Positions 1 to 8,050 of a stretch of 64,000 nt of DNA are shown one piece after another. The stretch spans positions 32,001-96,000 of IMG/VR virus record IMGVR_UViG_3300009709_000001, one strand, 5' to 3'. Below the pieces are notes generated by a model that saw nothing but the letters and a program-made list of their open reading frames with translations, was not told the origin of the DNA and made no database searches. How positions within the stretch are numbered: position 1 is the stretch's first letter; every line of letters starts with the position of its first letter. Position numbers and translations under genes: made by a program. The stretch comes from a virus. Taxonomy: Duplodnaviria > Heunggongvirae > Uroviricota > Caudoviricetes.

Positions 1-556
1 CATCGAACAAGTCAATATCTCTACCAGATCGGCCACATATCGAGATAGCGGTGCCATTAATCTGAACGTTTACTCGGAGGCCGTCAGCTTTGAGCTGACT
101 ATAAGCCGGAAATTCAATGTTCTTGATGTTCTTCGCTTCGTAAGGACGAGCGAGTAGACACGGATATGTGGGGATCAGGCCGGGACTTACGGCGTTAACG
201 AGACCATCCGCCACACCGCAGCGCAAATCTTTACCAATAATGCGGCTAATAACAGTAGCATCATCAGCGGAAAGGCTAGAAAGAATAGTGCGAAGATGCT
301 CAATGCCAGCGTAACCAGTGAGTTCGCGGCTCGAAAGCTTTTCAAGTTGAGCCATTGCCCAGTCGATGGTCTGGGTGGGCGTTGTAGAGGTGGCATATTC
401 AGGGATTTTCCTGATATAGAAGTTGAGATAAGGATCCAACGCCATTCTCACTACAGAAATGAACTGTGTGTTCGCCTTGTGCTTCTCAAGCACAGAAGTT
501 TTCCAGGTCTTTGTAGTATTCGAACCGAGTTCTTCGAGAATTTTCAGGATGCTCAT
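1..556 (-). CDS. lig: ATP-dependent DNA ligase (T4 gp30-like), 5' part; runs off the window start
   Basis: Missing from the ORF track. Manual translation from ATG 556 gives MSILKILEELG...DLRCGVADGLVNAVSPGLIPTYPCLLA...QLKADGLR (KxDG adenylation motif)...GRSGR. Confidence 0.9.
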   Translation of the reverse strand, partial: MSILKILEELGSNTTKTWKTSVLEKHKANTQFISVVRMALDPYLNFYIRKIPEYATSTTPTQTIDWAMAQLEKLSSRELTGYAGIEHLRTILSSLSADDATVISRIIGKDLRCGVADGLVNAVSPGLIPTYPCLLARPYEAKNIKNIEFPAYSQLKADGLRVNVQINGTAISICGRSGRDIDLFD

Positions 557-590
557 TGTTTACCTTTGCCAAAGTCGCTTAACTGTGACA

Positions 591-619
591 ATTATATGTT
601 GATCTTAATGGTTAGTCAA
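591..619 (-). promoter_or_regulatory. sigma70-type promoter for ligase
   Basis: TTGACT-N17-TATAAT. Confidence 0.75.
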
Positions 620-804
620 CTAGTCTCGTTGTCTTTTAATTCTTTATCAACGATATAGTCTGCCATTTCTGGCAAACAGACTAGATAAATCCTATCGTGG
701 TGAACTGCACAATAGGATTTCTTAGGAAGAGATGATTGGGGACAGCCTTCGCCCTCCCCAATCCATTTGCATGTCGGTTTTAGTTCACTTTCTTTACTTG
801 TCAT
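616..804 (-). CDS. small Cys/His (zinc-binding-like) protein
   Basis: CKW...C...SYCAVHH pattern, reminiscent of the GcrA C-terminal domain; overlaps the upstream stop. Confidence 0.55.
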   Translation of the reverse strand: MTSKESELKPTCKWIGEGEGCPQSSLPKKSYCAVHHDRIYLVCLPEMADYIVDKELKDNETS

Positions 805-1969
805 AGTAGCAAGTCATACCAAACGGCGACACAATATTCCGTTGCGGATTACTGTGGATAACGTACACCGTATCGCAGTAGATCGGATCACCAAATCCGA
901 GACCACAATCGTAGCCGTCGGTGAAGTGAATAAACTTCTCCGGTACGATGTTGTTCTCTTTCATGTAATCCCAATTACAGTTGAAGTCATTACCGCCACG
1001 GCCCTTCACTTCATATTCGTCGATATCGGAAAGGTTATCCGGGGTGTAAATCTGTTCGTTATACACCTTGGTGTCAGAACACCACAGGCGCACTTCGAAG
1101 TCAGTAAATTCTTCCATGATGCCCTTAACTTCACCAAGGAAGTCGCGAATCATCTCATCGGAAATAGATCCCGAACTATCGATACCGATTGCAACGCTGA
1201 CGCGCCCTTCCTCTTTCATCGACGGCAGATAAATGCCACTCGATTGGGACTTACGAGAGCATCGTTGCCACGTAAAGTCACCTTTGAGGATGGACTTGAG
1301 ATTAGTTTGCAGAATCTCGCGCCAGTCCATCTGCGGCGAAGTCAATTCCTTGACAAGTCGCTTGATGCCCAACGGGCAGTTACCAGTGTTCGATTTAACT
1401 GCCTGATAGACCGCAGCCTTGATTTCGTCACCAAGAACGCGGCGCTCTTCCTCTGTCATCGGCTCACCCTTGCCATCGCCTGGCTCCAAGTGGATGTCGA
1501 ATTCGGGGAACTTCTGGCTCGGGTCCTTCATCAACTGTTCGTACACCTCTTCCGTAAACATACCACGGAATTTAGCGTCGAAACAGGCAGTGACACCGGA
1601 GGTCTTGGGGTTAGGCAACTTGCCAACGTTGTGTTCGTGGAGTTCCCAGTTGATGACGTAGTCGGCAGCAGCGTTCCATGCCTTTGCATTACGGCTACCA
1701 CGACGACCCATGTGGTCATAGACGCAGTGTTCCACTTCATGGGCAACCAGGAAGACTGTTTCTTCCTTGGTCAGCTTCGCAATGAAGTCTCGGTTATAAT
1801 AGAAATAGCGGCCATCAGTTGCCGCAGTTTTGCACCATTCCTCGTCGGTATAGTCTTTGAGGATCAGGCGAGTTGCCAGGGTTCCCCAGAATGGTTGACG
1901 AAGCAGGAGGGAGATTCGTGCTCGTGTGAGTTTCTCGAGAATAACATCGGGGTCGTTAGCTGCTGCCAT
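794..1969 (-). CDS. DUF2201-type metallopeptidase + vWA domain protein
   Basis: TAATDG and AHEVEH (HExxH) motifs; MIDAS DSSGS, GRGGNDF and FTDG. Confidence 0.88.
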   Translation of the reverse strand: MAAANDPDVILEKLTRARISLLLRQPFWGTLATRLILKDYTDEEWCKTAATDGRYFYYNRDFIAKLTKEETVFLVAHEVEHCVYDHMGRRGSRNAKAWNAAADYVINWELHEHNVGKLPNPKTSGVTACFDAKFRGMFTEEVYEQLMKDPSQKFPEFDIHLEPGDGKGEPMTEEERRVLGDEIKAAVYQAVKSNTGNCPLGIKRLVKELTSPQMDWREILQTNLKSILKGDFTWQRCSRKSQSSGIYLPSMKEEGRVSVAIGIDSSGSISDEMIRDFLGEVKGIMEEFTDFEVRLWCSDTKVYNEQIYTPDNLSDIDEYEVKGRGGNDFNCNWDYMKENNIVPEKFIHFTDGYDCGLGFGDPIYCDTVYVIHSNPQRNIVSPFGMTCYYDK

Positions 1970-1992
1970 GTGTGTCTTTCAGTTATGTGTAT

Positions 1993-2021
1993 ATTGTAAG
2001 CGATGCGCATACAAAAAGCAA
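1993..2021 (-). promoter_or_regulatory. sigma70-type promoter
   Basis: TTGCTT-N17-TACAAT. Confidence 0.55.
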
Positions 2022-2022
2022 T

Positions 2023-2169
2023 TGGTGCCCCGGCACGGAACCCACACCGAACCGCAGTCCTACCGGTTAAGAGCCGGTTGCTCTATCGAAGGGACAATTA
2101 AATTCACATTAGGTGCCGGCAGGCCTGCGGCGCCCTTATTGGCGAATCGTTTTTCTGAGCTATCAGGGC
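2023..2169 (-). tRNA. atypical tRNA-Lys(CUU)-like RNA with expanded D-loop and T-loop
   Basis: Acceptor GCCCTGA/CCGGGGC plus ACCA; TA; D-stem GCTC/GAGC; anticodon arm ACCGG-CTCTTAA-CCGGT; variable loop AGGAC; T-stem TGCGG/CCGTG. D-loop is 73 nt, T-loop is 13 nt. Confidence 0.7.
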
Positions 2170-2187
2170 CTGCTTATTTTATAGGGC

Positions 2188-2535
2188 TTATTGAAGAAGG
2201 TCAAGCACATCAACGTCTTCGAGATGCTCGAGAATGATTTTGCTATAACCATGTTTTACTGCATATTCAATGACTTCAGAAATAGCTACTTCTTCGTCTA
2301 CTGTCGAATACCAGAGAACTCTGTTTAGTTCAACTTCGTCAAAACCAGAAAGAACTGCAATTGACTTTTGCAGATAATCGGAATAGCTATCGAAACTATC
2401 TTCCGAGTATGGACCCAACGCTGCGTCCAAAATATCTAGAGCTGTTACAACTTGAACGGTCTTGATAATGTTTCCATTGCGATCTGCAACAGTATAATCA
2501 GTACCTAGTGATTGAATATCGGTAATTTTATACAT
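2188..2535 (-). CDS. hypothetical acidic protein
   Basis: ORF tightly coupled downstream of sod. Confidence 0.7.
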   Translation of the reverse strand: MYKITDIQSLGTDYTVADRNGNIIKTVQVVTALDILDAALGPYSEDSFDSYSDYLQKSIAVLSGFDEVELNRVLWYSTVDEEVAISEVIEYAVKHGYSKIILEHLEDVDVLDLLQ

Positions 2536-2536
2536 C

Positions 2537-3085
2537 TTAGTTAATCCTTGCGTTGACGATTTGCCAATTTATAATCTTCCAAATGTCCTTAAGATATTTC
2601 TTCTTGTCAGCGCCGTAGTCCAATATATACGAATGTTCCCACATATCGACAATGACTGCAACATTGCTAATCAGTTTGTGATTGGAGATCGTTTTTATTG
2701 CTCCGGATTTATCCAAGTAGACCCAACCAGATCCATGGATATCAAGTGCGGCTTCCGCAAAGGAATTTTTGAAGTTTTCGTAGTTACCAAATTTCTCATC
2801 AATGAGAATTTTTATGGCTCCTGTGGGTGTGTTCGAAGCTGCCGATGCTTGCATCTGTTCGAAAAACAGAGTATGCAATTTGGCACCAGCTGTCTGAAAT
2901 TCTCCCTCGCCTGCAAGGGACTTTTTCACATAGTTATTGTATAATATTCCATAGTGCAGGTCAATTGTTTCTTTGGAGAAAACAGGGGCCAGGTCCTTTT
3001 CAGGTACAGGTAATGGAACTTTGTATACTTCTAATTCGGCTTTTACTTTTTCGAGTAATACTCTAAAGGATGCAGGATCATTCAT
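2537..3085 (-). CDS. sod: Fe/Mn superoxide dismutase
   Basis: LHYG, HTLFF, GSGW and DMWEHSY; all four metal ligands present. Confidence 0.92.
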   Translation of the reverse strand: MNDPASFRVLLEKVKAELEVYKVPLPVPEKDLAPVFSKETIDLHYGILYNNYVKKSLAGEGEFQTAGAKLHTLFFEQMQASAASNTPTGAIKILIDEKFGNYENFKNSFAEAALDIHGSGWVYLDKSGAIKTISNHKLISNVAVIVDMWEHSYILDYGADKKKYLKDIWKIINWQIVNARIN

Positions 3086-3090
3086 ACTTG

Positions 3091-3098
3091 TATTTATG
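3091..3098 (-). promoter_or_regulatory. late promoter motif
   Basis: CATAAATA 5 nt before the sod ATG. Confidence 0.6.
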
Positions 3099-4131
3099 GA
3101 AAATGCATGAACTTGGTTTTATTATCGTAAAACCTCTTTACTCCTACCATTCTCTCTAAAATAGCTCTACCCACAATATCAGAAGTGTAATTTTTCACTT
3201 CTCTTTCGGCATCTCCCACGGGCAATTCTTCCAGCACCACATTAGTTACTGAAATGGTTGCTTCCTTTTCCGTTGTAATCTGACCGATAATTGTCGGAAA
3301 GAATGTTACATTAGATTTGCCCGACAGGACACCCCTATAGTCAACATCGATCTTAAACTTCGGTGATTGTGGTTCAACAGTTAGAATAGAGTGGAAGTTC
3401 TTTCCTTCAGAGTGAATTACTCCCAGAAACTCCGATGTTGAGCTTTCATAAGGAAAGATTTTGTTTTCGTCAACGATATTAGACGAACCTTTACCAAGAA
3501 CGATATGATTAAAATTCGCACCGTCTTGAGTAATAATGTTTCTGTAGAAACAAGAAATTGCCGAAACCTTGTTCTGGTAGAATGTTGTCAACTTTAGATC
3601 TGCACCGGGATGCAATAAATAGTTCACTACCGAGTTTAAGGCACAGCAGCTTTCGACTTCTTCAATGATCTCTACTTCGATATCGTTAGATACATCGAAG
3701 ATCATTACAGAATTATAGAATGTTTCGAATTCGGATTTGTATCGAACATAGATAGGTTCATCAATTTCACCCACAATTTGAATTGTGCTATGATTTTGAC
3801 AAACTAGATATGCGATAGTGGAGAACGTCTCTGGATTGTAAAGGCTTCTCGGATTAACGAGTTGATTGCCTTCGAGAGAGTTTGTGACAATAACGTTCGG
3901 ATGATCGTATAGGTCTTTTGAAATGTGAATTTCGTTACCAAGTACGATTAGCGACAACCCAGGCATGGCTGGGTCTACGACCATCTGAACTTTATTTGCT
4001 TGGATGTTGAAACGCTGCTCGAATATTGCATCGAGACTGGTGTCTTTATATTTGTCCTGTGCTGCCGAATAGAGCAGTTCTGGATAATACTTTCCGAGAT
4101 ATGATTTTACTGAGATTAGATTTGTCGACAT
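3094..4131 (-). CDS. SufD-like (SufBD beta-helix) protein
   Basis: Repeating short beta-strand pattern (DEPIYVRY, VEIIEE, NSVVNYLLHPGADLKL) typical of SufD. Confidence 0.5.
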   Translation of the reverse strand: MSTNLISVKSYLGKYYPELLYSAAQDKYKDTSLDAIFEQRFNIQANKVQMVVDPAMPGLSLIVLGNEIHISKDLYDHPNVIVTNSLEGNQLVNPRSLYNPETFSTIAYLVCQNHSTIQIVGEIDEPIYVRYKSEFETFYNSVMIFDVSNDIEVEIIEEVESCCALNSVVNYLLHPGADLKLTTFYQNKVSAISCFYRNIITQDGANFNHIVLGKGSSNIVDENKIFPYESSTSEFLGVIHSEGKNFHSILTVEPQSPKFKIDVDYRGVLSGKSNVTFFPTIIGQITTEKEATISVTNVVLEELPVGDAEREVKNYTSDIVGRAILERMVGVKRFYDNKTKFMHFP

Positions 4132-4136
4132 AAATT

Positions 4137-4162
4137 TCTCGTATCGCTACGAGATATTTATG
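4137..4162 (-). promoter_or_regulatory. late promoter followed by GNRA hairpin
   Basis: CATAAATA (4162-4155), then TCTCGTA-GCGA-TACGAGA before the ATG. Confidence 0.6.
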
Positions 4163-4163
4163 T

Positions 4164-4469
4164 TCACAGTTCTTCGAATGTGGCTGTTAGCGGAAAACCG
4201 TTTGCACGAGAGAAGTTAATAACTTCGTTGGTCTTTTCTTCAGCAATTTCCCTGGTGTAAGGCGAACCCGCGATACCTTGACCGCTTTCATGGATTGCCA
4301 TTGTGACTTCGGCAGCTTCTTCGAAAGTGCGATGGAAGATGCGAGTCAGGACCAGGATGACGAAGTCAAAGGTAGTCGTGTCATCATTGTGAAGGAGCAC
4401 CTTATACATGCTCGGTAACTTCACTTTGGTAGCTTCCTCGACTTTTTCAACAACTTCGGTGTGTGCCAT
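4164..4469 (-). CDS. clpS: Clp protease adaptor ClpS
   Basis: PSMYKVLLHNDDTTTFDFV...IHESG...EIAEEK...GFPL. Confidence 0.95.
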   Translation of the reverse strand: MAHTEVVEKVEEATKVKLPSMYKVLLHNDDTTTFDFVILVLTRIFHRTFEEAAEVTMAIHESGQGIAGSPYTREIAEEKTNEVINFSRANGFPLTATFEEL

Positions 4470-4496
4470 GTTTTATCCCAGGTTAAGTAAGTCTAA

Positions 4497-4526
4497 ATTA
4501 TACAGTCACCTGGGCCTTTACGTCAA
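4497..4526 (-). promoter_or_regulatory. sigma70-type promoter for clpS
   Basis: TTGACG-N18-TATAAT. Confidence 0.65.
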
Positions 4527-4541
4527 TAGGAATAAACTTCC

Positions 4542-5523
4542 TTATCCAAAAATAACTATAATCGCAATAATCAATGCGATAATGCATCCGGCAAGGATAA
4601 GGCCAGATTCTGTCTTTTCAGCTTGTGGATCAACCACATCTGTGACAACTGGTGGTTCATTTGGTTCTGGTACTTGAGCAGCCGCATCGGCCCAGGATTC
4701 CAGGAACTTTCGTCCATACAAGGATGGAGCACCATCGAGTTCGGGATGCTGACTAAAATCATTGACAGCCATGAAATTGGCCATACTATCAAGAATTCCC
4801 TGATATGTAATATCCGGATTTGATTTTACGGCTGCAATCAATGATGCGGTTGCCGCGCCCTGAGGAACACCACCAGTAGTTGCATCAGCTGATGTTTCAT
4901 TTGCATGACAGCCGGCAATTAACAATACGATCTGATTAATGTCACGGCTTGTTGACCATTCTCTCAACTGCATACCTTTATCGGCAATGTTTTGAAGAAC
5001 TTCTGCAGGTGGTGCAAGATAACGCTTCTTAATCGATTTCTTGGTAATCTTTACCTTTGGCAATCCTTTATCGGATATGACAGTAGTGACGGCAGTTTCT
5101 TTCTGATCGAGTGCGGTACCACTGTGGCAGCAATCAAGAACTACGGTAATGTTAACACCATTCGGTACCGCATTGAATATTTCCTTCAATTCATTATCGG
5201 TAATTACGTTCTTATCCCAATCCAGATCAACTGGGCAAATAATCTCGTCGAGCATATCGTCTTCGAGCTTACTGTAGATTTGAGAACCATGGCCACTGTA
5301 ATGGAATACCAATACATCGCCTGGCTCAGCGCCTGCTGTTAAACGCTGCAAAGCCGCTAAAATCCCCTTGGTAGTTGCGTCTTTTTCCAGCAATAATTCA
5401 ATGTCAGTAAAGCCCTTGTCCTCTAACAGAGCCTTGACGTTGTTAACGTCATTAATGCAGCCTTTTAATTGGTAGCTTGTGCCGACATAGTTAATACCCG
5501 ACTAACAATGCACGTTGTTTCAT
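4542..5523 (-). CDS. metacaspase (peptidase C14) with C-terminal TM anchor; +1 frameshift near codon 9
   Basis: HYSGHG and DCCHSG catalytic motifs. The N-terminus MKQRALLVG/INYVGTSYQLKGCINDV is split by an extra G at 5497-5499. Confidence 0.85.
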
Positions 5524-5555
5524 TGGGGAAATCTCCTGTGTTCCCCATATTTATC
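5524..5555 (-). promoter_or_regulatory. late promoter plus RBS hairpin
   Basis: GATAAATA (5555-5548), then TGGGGAA-CACAGGAGAT-TTCCCCA directly before the ATG. Confidence 0.65.
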
Positions 5556-5556
5556 A

Positions 5557-5919
5557 CTATTCGATGACCACTTTATGGTTAGAACAACAATCGACTAGCT
5601 TTTGATAAACTTCCGGCATCACATTGATACAACCGGAACTGATAAAACGATCTTCAATTTTTGTACTTTTCAATCTCTCAAGTCTCTTTTGTTCAGGCTT
5701 GAGTAGCCATACACGGTGAATAGCATACACCAGATTAGCATCTTCATGGAATTGAAGTACGTCGCCGCCGTATCCGGGATCTTGCGTAAATCTTCTACGT
5801 AAGATAAAATCTCCTTTTGGTGTAGGAATCTTCTTACCTAGAAGAACAGGATGACATTCTTCTGCACCATTATAGGTGAAACAGATAGTTGCTAAGGCAA
5901 TTGATACGATGACGCTCAT
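5557..5919 (-). CDS. L,D-transpeptidase-like (YkuD fold) protein
   Basis: TPKGDF, YAIH and ISSGCIN catalytic pattern. Confidence 0.7.
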   Translation of the reverse strand: MSVIVSIALATICFTYNGAEECHPVLLGKKIPTPKGDFILRRRFTQDPGYGGDVLQFHEDANLVYAIHRVWLLKPEQKRLERLKSTKIEDRFISSGCINVMPEVYQKLVDCCSNHKVVIE

Positions 5920-5934
5920 AATGTTTATTCGTAG

Positions 5935-5959
5935 GTAAACCGGGACAAGCCCGGTTTAC
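5935..5959 (-). terminator. stem-loop after secreted-protein cluster
   Basis: gtaaaccggg-acaag-cccggtttac inverted repeat. Confidence 0.45.
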
Positions 5960-5974
5960 GTTGTTTAAGCGAAA

Positions 5975-6382
5975 TTACTCGCCTTTCTTCGCTGGAACTT
6001 CAACCAAGATCGGTACTGCCACTTCACGGATAACCGTGTTAGTGATAACTACCGGCTTAGTGTCTTCCTTTACTACCGGACGAAGCATCAGATATTCACC
6101 GCGACCCATTTCTGGAACCCAGTTATATCCGGCGCATTCGAGTCGTGCCCCACGGCGTGTGCATTGTACATCGACAACGCGGGGCCAGAGTGTAGCCGCA
6201 GTCGGGAATCCGGGCAGATATTGAGGAGCATGATAGATATCATTATCCCATTTCTGCGCATTTTCCAAACCTGTGACACCTTGCTGGCCGGAGCCAAGTG
6301 GTGTACGACCTACACTCACATCCTGTGCAAATGCAGTGGATGCAAGCATAGCCATACCTAGTGCCAAGAGTGCTTTCTTCAT
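5975..6382 (-). CDS. Sec-secreted hypothetical protein
   Basis: Signal peptide MKKALLALGMAMLASTAFA; one Cys pair. Confidence 0.8.
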   Translation of the reverse strand: MKKALLALGMAMLASTAFAQDVSVGRTPLGSGQQGVTGLENAQKWDNDIYHAPQYLPGFPTAATLWPRVVDVQCTRRGARLECAGYNWVPEMGRGEYLMLRPVVKEDTKPVVITNTVIREVAVPILVEVPAKKGE

Positions 6383-6406
6383 ATAAGTCTCCTTTGACTA
6401 GTCGAC

Positions 6407-7075
6407 TTACTTCTTGTCAGACTCGAGGGGTGGCAGGCCTAGACGTGAGCGGACGATCGGGTCGGTGTACTGAGCTTGAGTGGCTTGAGCATGCTGTTGA
6501 ACAGCCATGTTGCCATTTCGAGCCTTGGTAGTCTGCGGACATTCGAAGCCCGTGAGCTCGAGAGCTTCACGATTTTCCGAATCATTGCACATCAGCGCCA
6601 AAGCAGCAGCCTTCATGCCCATGTTCCACAGTTCACGGCTGTTCTTCAACCTCACGCAGTTTGTATCGGTATAAGTCTTGCCAAACGACAGACCAATACC
6701 AGGCGCATTTGCCGAACCCGATGCCGAACCCATACAGTTATCGTTCGAGCTAACGAGCGGAGGGCCGTTCACGCTAGGCGTGTTACGGATACCCTTGCCG
6801 GCAATTTCCTTGGCTGCTTCGGCATTGATCGCAGCGATGTCCTTTGCGGCACCGGCATTGATCTGAGCAGCAGTTACGGTAGCACCAGCCAAATCCTTGG
6901 AACCTTGATCGGCACTTGCACAATTCACCAAGCAACCGATGGTAGTAGTACCACCTTGTGCTTGAGAAACGGCAGACGAAGTCGAATCGGACTTGGTACC
7001 CTGACCTTGTGTCTGATCAGCCAGTGCAAGACCGGTAGCAGCCACCAGGGCGAGTGCGATTGCAAATTTCTTCAT
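6407..7075 (-). CDS. Sec-secreted Cys-containing hypothetical protein
   Basis: Signal peptide MKKFAIALALVAATGLALA; CMGSASG...GLSFG...DTNC...ELWNMG...LMC. Confidence 0.82.
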   Translation of the reverse strand: MKKFAIALALVAATGLALADQTQGQGTKSDSTSSAVSQAQGGTTTIGCLVNCASADQGSKDLAGATVTAAQINAGAAKDIAAINAEAAKEIAGKGIRNTPSVNGPPLVSSNDNCMGSASGSANAPGIGLSFGKTYTDTNCVRLKNSRELWNMGMKAAALALMCNDSENREALELTGFECPQTTKARNGNMAVQQHAQATQAQYTDPIVRSRLGLPPLESDKK

Positions 7076-7091
7076 GTTTTTCCTTTCTAGA

Positions 7092-7119
7092 AAGATAAGG
7101 GGAGAATTCCCCTTATCTT
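7092..7119 (-). terminator. intercistronic 12-bp stem-loop
   Basis: aagataagggga-gaat-tccccttatctt, with a weak U-tail. Confidence 0.55.
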
Positions 7120-7131
7120 GTTGCTTGCGGA

Positions 7132-7881
7132 TTAGTTACCGCAGCCAGTGCCGGAGCACAGGTTGCCAGCCTTGGCGTTCGAAGCAGAACCTGCACCACC
7201 GGAAGTACCGGAGTACACGTTACCCGAACCAAGGGAAGCACCAGCGTTGCCGACAGCGCCAACAACCGGAGCGGAAGTGGTCGAGGTCGAACCAGCGGTT
7301 GCACCGGAGGTAACGGTGTTCAATGCAGCACCTGCACGAACGGAACCGGCATCAGCTGCGAAGCTAGAAGTGGTCGATCCACCGATAGCAGCAACGGCAG
7401 CACCGCCGCCAACACCAGCACCGGTGGAAGCCGAGAAGCCAGTGGTCGAACCAGCGCTACCAGAAGCGGAACCGCTGATCGGGTTGGTACCAGTTACCTT
7501 ATAGCTTGCCGATTCGGCAACCTGAGCGCAAGCATCGGCAACAGCGGAACCACCTGCGACAGCGTTACCGCTGGTCACGGACAAGCTTGCAACGCCACCG
7601 TTAGTCGATGCAACGCCACCAACAGCGGCGCTGCCGACGCTAATCGGGGTCTTGGTAACGGTAGAACCGGAAGTGCCAACAGCGGAACCACCAGCAGTTG
7701 CGGTGTTCAGCGAAAAGGCGCTACCATTGCCAGCGGACGAAGCGCTAGCGGTAGTACCGGTTTGTGCACCAGCAACGGTCGAGCCCGTGCTGGTCTTGGA
7801 TGCGCTGGCCGAGCAAGTATTGCAAGCCATTGCGGAGCCAGCTGCCAGAGCAACGGCCAATGCGAGAATTGTCTTCTTCAT
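7132..7881 (-). CDS. Sec-secreted G/A/S/T-rich low-complexity protein
   Basis: Start re-called at ATG 7881 (RBS AAGGA). Signal peptide MKKTILALAVALAAGSAMA; mature protein starts CNTC and ends CSGTGCGN. Confidence 0.82.
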   Translation of the reverse strand: MKKTILALAVALAAGSAMACNTCSASASKTSTGSTVAGAQTGTTASASSAGNGSAFSLNTATAGGSAVGTSGSTVTKTPISVGSAAVGGVASTNGGVASLSVTSGNAVAGGSAVADACAQVAESASYKVTGTNPISGSASGSAGSTTGFSASTGAGVGGGAAVAAIGGSTTSSFAADAGSVRAGAALNTVTSGATAGSTSTTSAPVVGAVGNAGASLGSGNVYSGTSGGAGSASNAKAGNLCSGTGCGN

Positions 7882-7934
7882 ATTTTTCCTTAAGTTGTTT
7901 GATATCAAATCACTGAATGTGATGTGACTAACGA

Positions 7935-7966
7935 ACTTTGTAGTTTGGTGCACCAAACTACAAAGT
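7935..7966. repeat. perfect 32-bp palindrome in 5' leader
   Basis: ACTTTGTAGTTTGGTG|CACCAAACTACAAAGT, extendable by flanking actaac/gttagt. Confidence 0.9.
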
Positions 7967-7987
7967 CTGGGTTAGTGCATGTCCTGC

Positions 7988-8016
7988 ATTGTAAAATAAC
8001 AAAAGGGCCCTGTCAA
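7988..8016 (-). promoter_or_regulatory. sigma70-type promoter for the secreted cluster, overlapping the rpsU terminator
   Basis: TTGACA-N17-TACAAT; the -35 lies in the loop of the aaaagggc...gccctttt hairpin. Confidence 0.75.
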
Positions 8017-8050
8017 GCCCTTTTTGTTTTGATTTTACTTTTTAGAAGAA

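Noticed and set aside
187-658. ORFs 187-396 (-) and 296-658 (+)
   Set aside because: They overlap the true ligase frame, which the ORF track missed because it runs off the window.
767-1999. 410-aa plus-strand ORF
   Set aside because: Antisense shadow of the motif-bearing vWA peptidase gene, with no RBS or recognisable motifs.
2084-2156. Known small ribozyme (hammerhead/HDV-theta) as the tRNA insert
   Set aside because: No CUGAnGA/GAAA core or HDV-like nested pseudoknot could be identified by eye, so it is left unassigned.
7148-7927. Pro/Ala/Glu-rich plus-strand ORFs
   Set aside because: Antisense reading of the low-complexity secreted protein gene.
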